Positions 42,151 through 46,101 of a stretch of DNA of 46,101 bases are shown here, piece by piece (positions within the stretch are counted from its first letter, which is position 1; each line of letters begins with the position of its first letter). The position numbers and the translations under genes were made by a program. The notes under the pieces are model-generated. The model ran no database searches, was not told the origin of the DNA, and saw only the letters and a list, made by a program, of their open reading frames with translations. Source of the stretch: Oligoflexales bacterium (lineage in GTDB: Bacteria; Bdellovibrionota_B; Oligoflexia; Oligoflexales; CAIYRB01); assembly GCA_041736175.1 (NCBI GenBank), contig JBGSUI010000082.1, forward strand, positions 1 through 46,101. The letters run 5' to 3'.

Positions 42151-43380
42151 TTACAGCCTGATCAGCCTCTCTTGCTCCAAAAGCCGTAAAGGCCGGAGGA
42201 GCAACTTTTTATAATCATTAGAGGTATAAAAATAGTCTAGCAGCTTCTTAAAGTGAGTCAGATAAATCTTCCGGCGCAGTAGATAGGTGTCGCCATGGCA
42301 TAGATTTCCCCAGTAGGAATTGACCACCTGGTGCATATGCTGCACTAAAGCTAAGGATGGAGTGATGGGCGGAGTGAGGAGGCCGCTGCGGATCTGGCGG
42401 GCCCAAGGGTTATTGGGGGGAGGATTAAAGTGGGGAAATCCCACGGGATCTAAAAGGTGATTGAAAAAATAAAGGCGCTTTTTAAAAGCTTTGACAATCC
42501 TCGGACGGACCGTTATGTGGTGCGGCCTGACGATAAAGCCTAGAAAATCACAGCCGCGATGGAGCGGTTGGATCGAGGTTTTGTTGGGGTGGAGGGATAG
42601 GCGTAGGTTTTGCTGCAAAAAATCACTGATAGCCAGTTTCCACTTATGGAGCTGGGCGGGGTCTTGGTGCAGCAGGATAAAGTCGTCCACATAACGGATG
42701 TAAAAAGTTACCTTGAGCTGGTGTTTGACAAAGCGGTCCAGCTCGTTAAGGTAAAGATTAGAAAAAAACTGGGACGTCAGCGAGCCGATGGGCATACCGA
42801 TGTGTGGGGGTGTATGAAAAAGGCTTTTGTGGCGCGGAATCTCCCGTAGAAGGCGCGAGTTTCCACTAAACTGAGGATTGTGGGCGGGGTTCTGGGCCAG
42901 GACTTTTTTGATGATGTCGGTGAGAAAAACCCGCTCACCAGCATCGATCTCGGAGACGCGGCCAAGATGGCCCAGCACAATCTCCTGAAGTTTGTCGCGG
43001 TCGATGCTGGTGAAATAGGCGGCAATATCACATTTCATAGCGTAGGCCGTCGGTGGGAGGCGGCGCATAAAAGACTGGAGTCTGTGGGCGGCGCTATGGG
43101 TGCCTTTTTGGGGGCGGTTCGCAAAGCTATCAAAAATAAGGCGCTGGTCTAGAAAAGGTAGCAATCGGTCCACCACCAGGTGGTGGACCAGGCGGTCTGG
43201 AAAACTCGGAGCAAAAATCTCTCGTAGTTTAGGCTCCTCTACGACAAAGCAGCGGTAGGACTGGGGATGGTAGTGCCCGAGGGTTAGATCAAGGCCGAGG
43301 CGGTGGAGCAGGTCATAAAGGTTAAAAACAACTTCGCGGCGCTGGTGGCTTGGCGTGGTATTTGGGTAGGCTTGTACCAT
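42151..43380 (-). CDS. DGR reverse transcriptase 2
   Basis: Same motifs as RT1 (GSLTSQ, YVDD); ORF intact. Confidence 0.93.
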   Translation of the reverse strand: MVQAYPNTTPSHQRREVVFNLYDLLHRLGLDLTLGHYHPQSYRCFVVEEPKLREIFAPSFPDRLVHHLVVDRLLPFLDQRLIFDSFANRPQKGTHSAAHRLQSFMRRLPPTAYAMKCDIAAYFTSIDRDKLQEIVLGHLGRVSEIDAGERVFLTDIIKKVLAQNPAHNPQFSGNSRLLREIPRHKSLFHTPPHIGMPIGSLTSQFFSNLYLNELDRFVKHQLKVTFYIRYVDDFILLHQDPAQLHKWKLAISDFLQQNLRLSLHPNKTSIQPLHRGCDFLGFIVRPHHITVRPRIVKAFKKRLYFFNHLLDPVGFPHFNPPPNNPWARQIRSGLLTPPITPSLALVQHMHQVVNSYWGNLCHGDTYLLRRKIYLTHFKKLLDYFYTSNDYKKLLLRPLRLLEQERLIRL

Positions 43381-43599
43381 ATAGGAGGCAAGCTTTTGTT
43401 CGATGATGGAAGAGCGGGTCCATAGGTTTACGGATTGATGTGACTATCCTTGTCTGGACCTTATGTAACAAAAATCCCAAGGACTCTCAAATCAGCTTTA
43501 AGAGTGGCGCCGTAGAGTTGCTTGCACCCGCGAGAATAGCCATGTGGGAGGTGAAACACTTTTTTCCGGGTTTAAGGGAGGCAAAAATACTCCGCAATC

Positions 43600-43917
43600 C
43601 TATCGACCAGTGATAGGGGCGTTAAAAACGACTCCAATGTCTCTGATATAATTGTCGATAAAGATGCCTTCGAAAAATCTCGGACTACGACAGTTAAGAT
43701 CCGAAGTTAGGGGCTTGGGTTTTAGGATGATGTGAACGGCATCCCAAAACAAACTTGAGATCCAGCCATCGCTCGCCGCACACCAAGAACGAATAGGCCT
43801 GGGCTATGGCCATTTATCCAGAGGAGGCATCTTTGCGGGATTCTAAGACTCAGATTTTATATACTATTGTAAAAACAAAGCATATAACATACTAATATTA
43901 TTAATGTCATGCTTTGT
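43600..43917. pseudogene. Patchwork relic of fragments paralogous to 1106-1180, 14888-14968, 15319-15338 and 15536-15655
   Basis: Direct nucleotide similarity read by eye. Confidence 0.7.
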
Positions 43918-44033
43918 GCGCTAAGCTTATCGTTGTTATAGATAGCGTAAATTATATTAATATTAGTTAGTTAAATCAAAAAATTGAACTGCCGATTTAC
44001 TTTAGCGAATCAATTTGCTAAAGTAAATCGACG

Positions 44034-44483
44034 ATGGTGTCGATATATAGTGGAGTTGTGATGAAAGATTGGGTGTTGGATTATTGGAAATCAGAAGATG
44101 CCTCTCGATCCCCACTTGAAAAACAGGTTAGAAAAATGCTTTTAAGCAATAAAAAAGCACAAAAACAACTTAGGGAGCTGGTTCTAGGTGTAGAAGAATT
44201 TGGTCCATACGGATTTAAATTACCCAATAATAAGCCGTTAAAAACCGGCCTTTTTGAGCTTCGTGATACTGTCAATCACTTTCGGTACTACTATTGCGAA
44301 ACTGACTATGTATATGTATATCCTGACAACAGCAAAAAACATATTCTTTTATTACTGGTTGCTGCAGATGACAAAGACAAACAAGATTTTGATATTAAAT
44401 TATCTAGAAAAAGGTCAGAAAAATTGAAAGTAAAAAACATTCTGAACACCAATAATCTAATTATTCAAGAATGGGAGGCGTAA
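44034..44483 (+). CDS. RelE/HigB-like toxin
   Basis: KPLKTGLFELRD...FRYYY; upstream of an HTH gene. Confidence 0.7.
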   Translation: MVSIYSGVVMKDWVLDYWKSEDASRSPLEKQVRKMLLSNKKAQKQLRELVLGVEEFGPYGFKLPNNKPLKTGLFELRDTVNHFRYYYCETDYVYVYPDNSKKHILLLLVAADDKDKQDFDIKLSRKRSEKLKVKNILNTNNLIIQEWEA

Positions 44484-44484
44484 A

Positions 44485-44790
44485 ATGGGAGTTTTGAGAG
44501 ATATCGAGAAAATGATGACCCAAAACGAAATTGCGCAAAGCAATGAAGATTATTTTAAGATGACAGAAAAATTAAGGGAGTCTAAGGAGTCTTTGGCAAA
44601 GTCACTTGCTAACTACATTGCGCACTCGATCAAAGAAAAAAATATAAGTCAAAATGAATTAATGAGATCCTTAAAAATATCCTCAGCCACTATGACAGAA
44701 ATAATAAATGGGCGAGGAAATCCGACCATAGAAACCATAGCAAAATTCGGTGCTTTTTTCGGAAAAAAACCTGAGATTAAATGGAAATGA
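44485..44790 (+). CDS. XRE-family HTH protein (HigA-like antitoxin)
   Basis: ISQNELMRSLKISSATMTEIINGRGNPTIETI. Confidence 0.8.
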   Translation: MGVLRDIEKMMTQNEIAQSNEDYFKMTEKLRESKESLAKSLANYIAHSIKEKNISQNELMRSLKISSATMTEIINGRGNPTIETIAKFGAFFGKKPEIKWK

Positions 44791-45714
44791 GTCAGTAATG
44801 CTACGGCTTCGACTACTCCGACGGCCAAAAATCTTTTCCCAGCCTTTCCCTTGCCGAAAGCTGATTGTGACGCCGACAGGATCAGACATCAAGGATGATG
44901 GAACGTCTTTGGCCCTGGGGTCTAGACTTTGCTAGGGCTCGGATTGTTTATCTTCTTGAAGAAGAGTCTCTATTTCTTCTTCAGTTAAGTTAGAGATTTT
45001 GCCGATTTCAGCGATACTATGTCCACTGTCGTTTAACTGATGAATCATAAATCTTAAAGTTTCAAGTCTCCCCTTTTCGACTCCTGGACTAGAAGGTCAA
45101 GAACAATAGGTTTTGTCGAGGTAAAATCCGGCCTTGACCCCACGGTTGGCCAGCTGATCGTGATCTAAAAATTTGGACTCACCTGTGAGTCCACCTTTTT
45201 CCAACTGATTCGTCCCGGGACGACGCGTTCCTCTCCTAAATCTTTCCTGCTCCGAGGTTCAGCGATATCCATCGACTTCCATCGACTTCTGTCCAAGTGC
45301 GGGTCCTTCGTCCCGGGACCAAACCTCGCGGCGAGCGGTCCTTGGAATTGCCGACCTGGATTTTTTCGCAATGGGCTCCACCTCTGGAGTCACCGCATCT
45401 GGGGACCGACGCTTTTGGCATCGTTTGCCCCGGGACGAACTGGCTCTAAAAACATTCTATTTTTCAGAAAAAGCTTGACGGTTTTTGGGGCTTACAAAAC
45501 GGGGCCTATAATATCCTCTGCGGAAAATTCGCGGATTTTTCCGGTGCAGATCGACTGGTGGCGCCCCATAAACAAATTTTCCGCTTCGAGGAACCTTTTT
45601 AAAAAGGACAGCAAACTCCGAGCGAAATGGGCTTTTACAACCCGTGTTATAATTTTTTTTTCTACAAGGTCTCGCCCGCCCCAAAGCGGGCCTTAATGAG
45701 CGAGAAAAACAACG

Positions 45715-46101
45715 ATGATATCAAGTGAAGCCCTCTCAAAAATCCTTGCGCTCCCAAAAAATTGCGATGACTCAGAAACGACCTCTGACATCCGTGTGCT
45801 CCTGCGCCGGCAGTTTCATAAAGCTGTTTTACTCCATCAAAAGGAGCAGGATATGGTGCTTGATTCAATGAGGGTACTTTATCAGCTTGACCGACAAAAC
45901 GCTGCTGGAATCCTCGGGCTCACCCGGGATCAATATATCGAAGCTCTGGGACTTTCGCCAGACGTCTACTGGAAGAGACTCCAGGCAGCCAAAGTCCTCG
46001 CCCATTTTCCCGCATTCGTGGAGTTATTCAAAACGGGACAAACCCACGTCTCGCAACTTGCCATGGTCTTGGGTAAAATCACCGCAGCGAATGCCGACCT
46101 T
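45715..46101 (+). CDS. 3'-partial ORF resembling the N-terminus of DUF222/HNH-endonuclease-associated proteins
   Basis: Open from ATG at 45715 to the window end: ...LYQLDR...LGLSPDVYWKRLQAAKVL..FP...G. Confidence 0.45.
   Translation, partial: MISSEALSKILALPKNCDDSETTSDIRVLLRRQFHKAVLLHQKEQDMVLDSMRVLYQLDRQNAAGILGLTRDQYIEALGLSPDVYWKRLQAAKVLAHFPAFVELFKTGQTHVSQLAMVLGKITAANADL

Larger units (their letters stand above)
36842..43447. mobile_element. DGR cassette 2
   Basis: Same organisation as cassette 1. Confidence 0.93.

Noticed and set aside
27855..43380. Prophage tail-fibre locus
   Set aside because: No capsid, terminase, tail or lysis genes in the window; targets have signal-like N-termini.
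45174..45200. Palindrome TGGACTCAC-CT-GTGAGTCCA followed by T tract
   Set aside because: Isolated, 2-nt loop, not tied to a gene end; function cannot be supported.

Overview
Bacterial accessory region, probably from an Oligoflexia/Bdellovibrionota-like host (inferred from protein types). The main element is a pair of tandem diversity-generating retroelement (DGR) cassettes (about 27.6-34.7 kb and 36.8-43.4 kb). Each has a large secreted repetitive fibre-like target gene ending in a C-type-lectin-like variable region (VR), an avd gene, a template repeat (TR) and a reverse transcriptase. TR and target are on the + strand while avd and RT are on the - strand. Both VRs match TR1 at every non-adenine position but not TR2. 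Both targets have a conserved sigma28-like promoter. The window also holds an NRPS-independent biosynthetic operon (desaturase, racemase, two ATP-grasp ligases, acyl-CoA ligase, MFS, VOC), a Tn3-family element with atypical ~64-bp inverted repeats carrying hicAB, HEPN-MNT and HigBA-like toxin-antitoxin pairs, a DUF4365 gene pair, and several decayed gene fragments.
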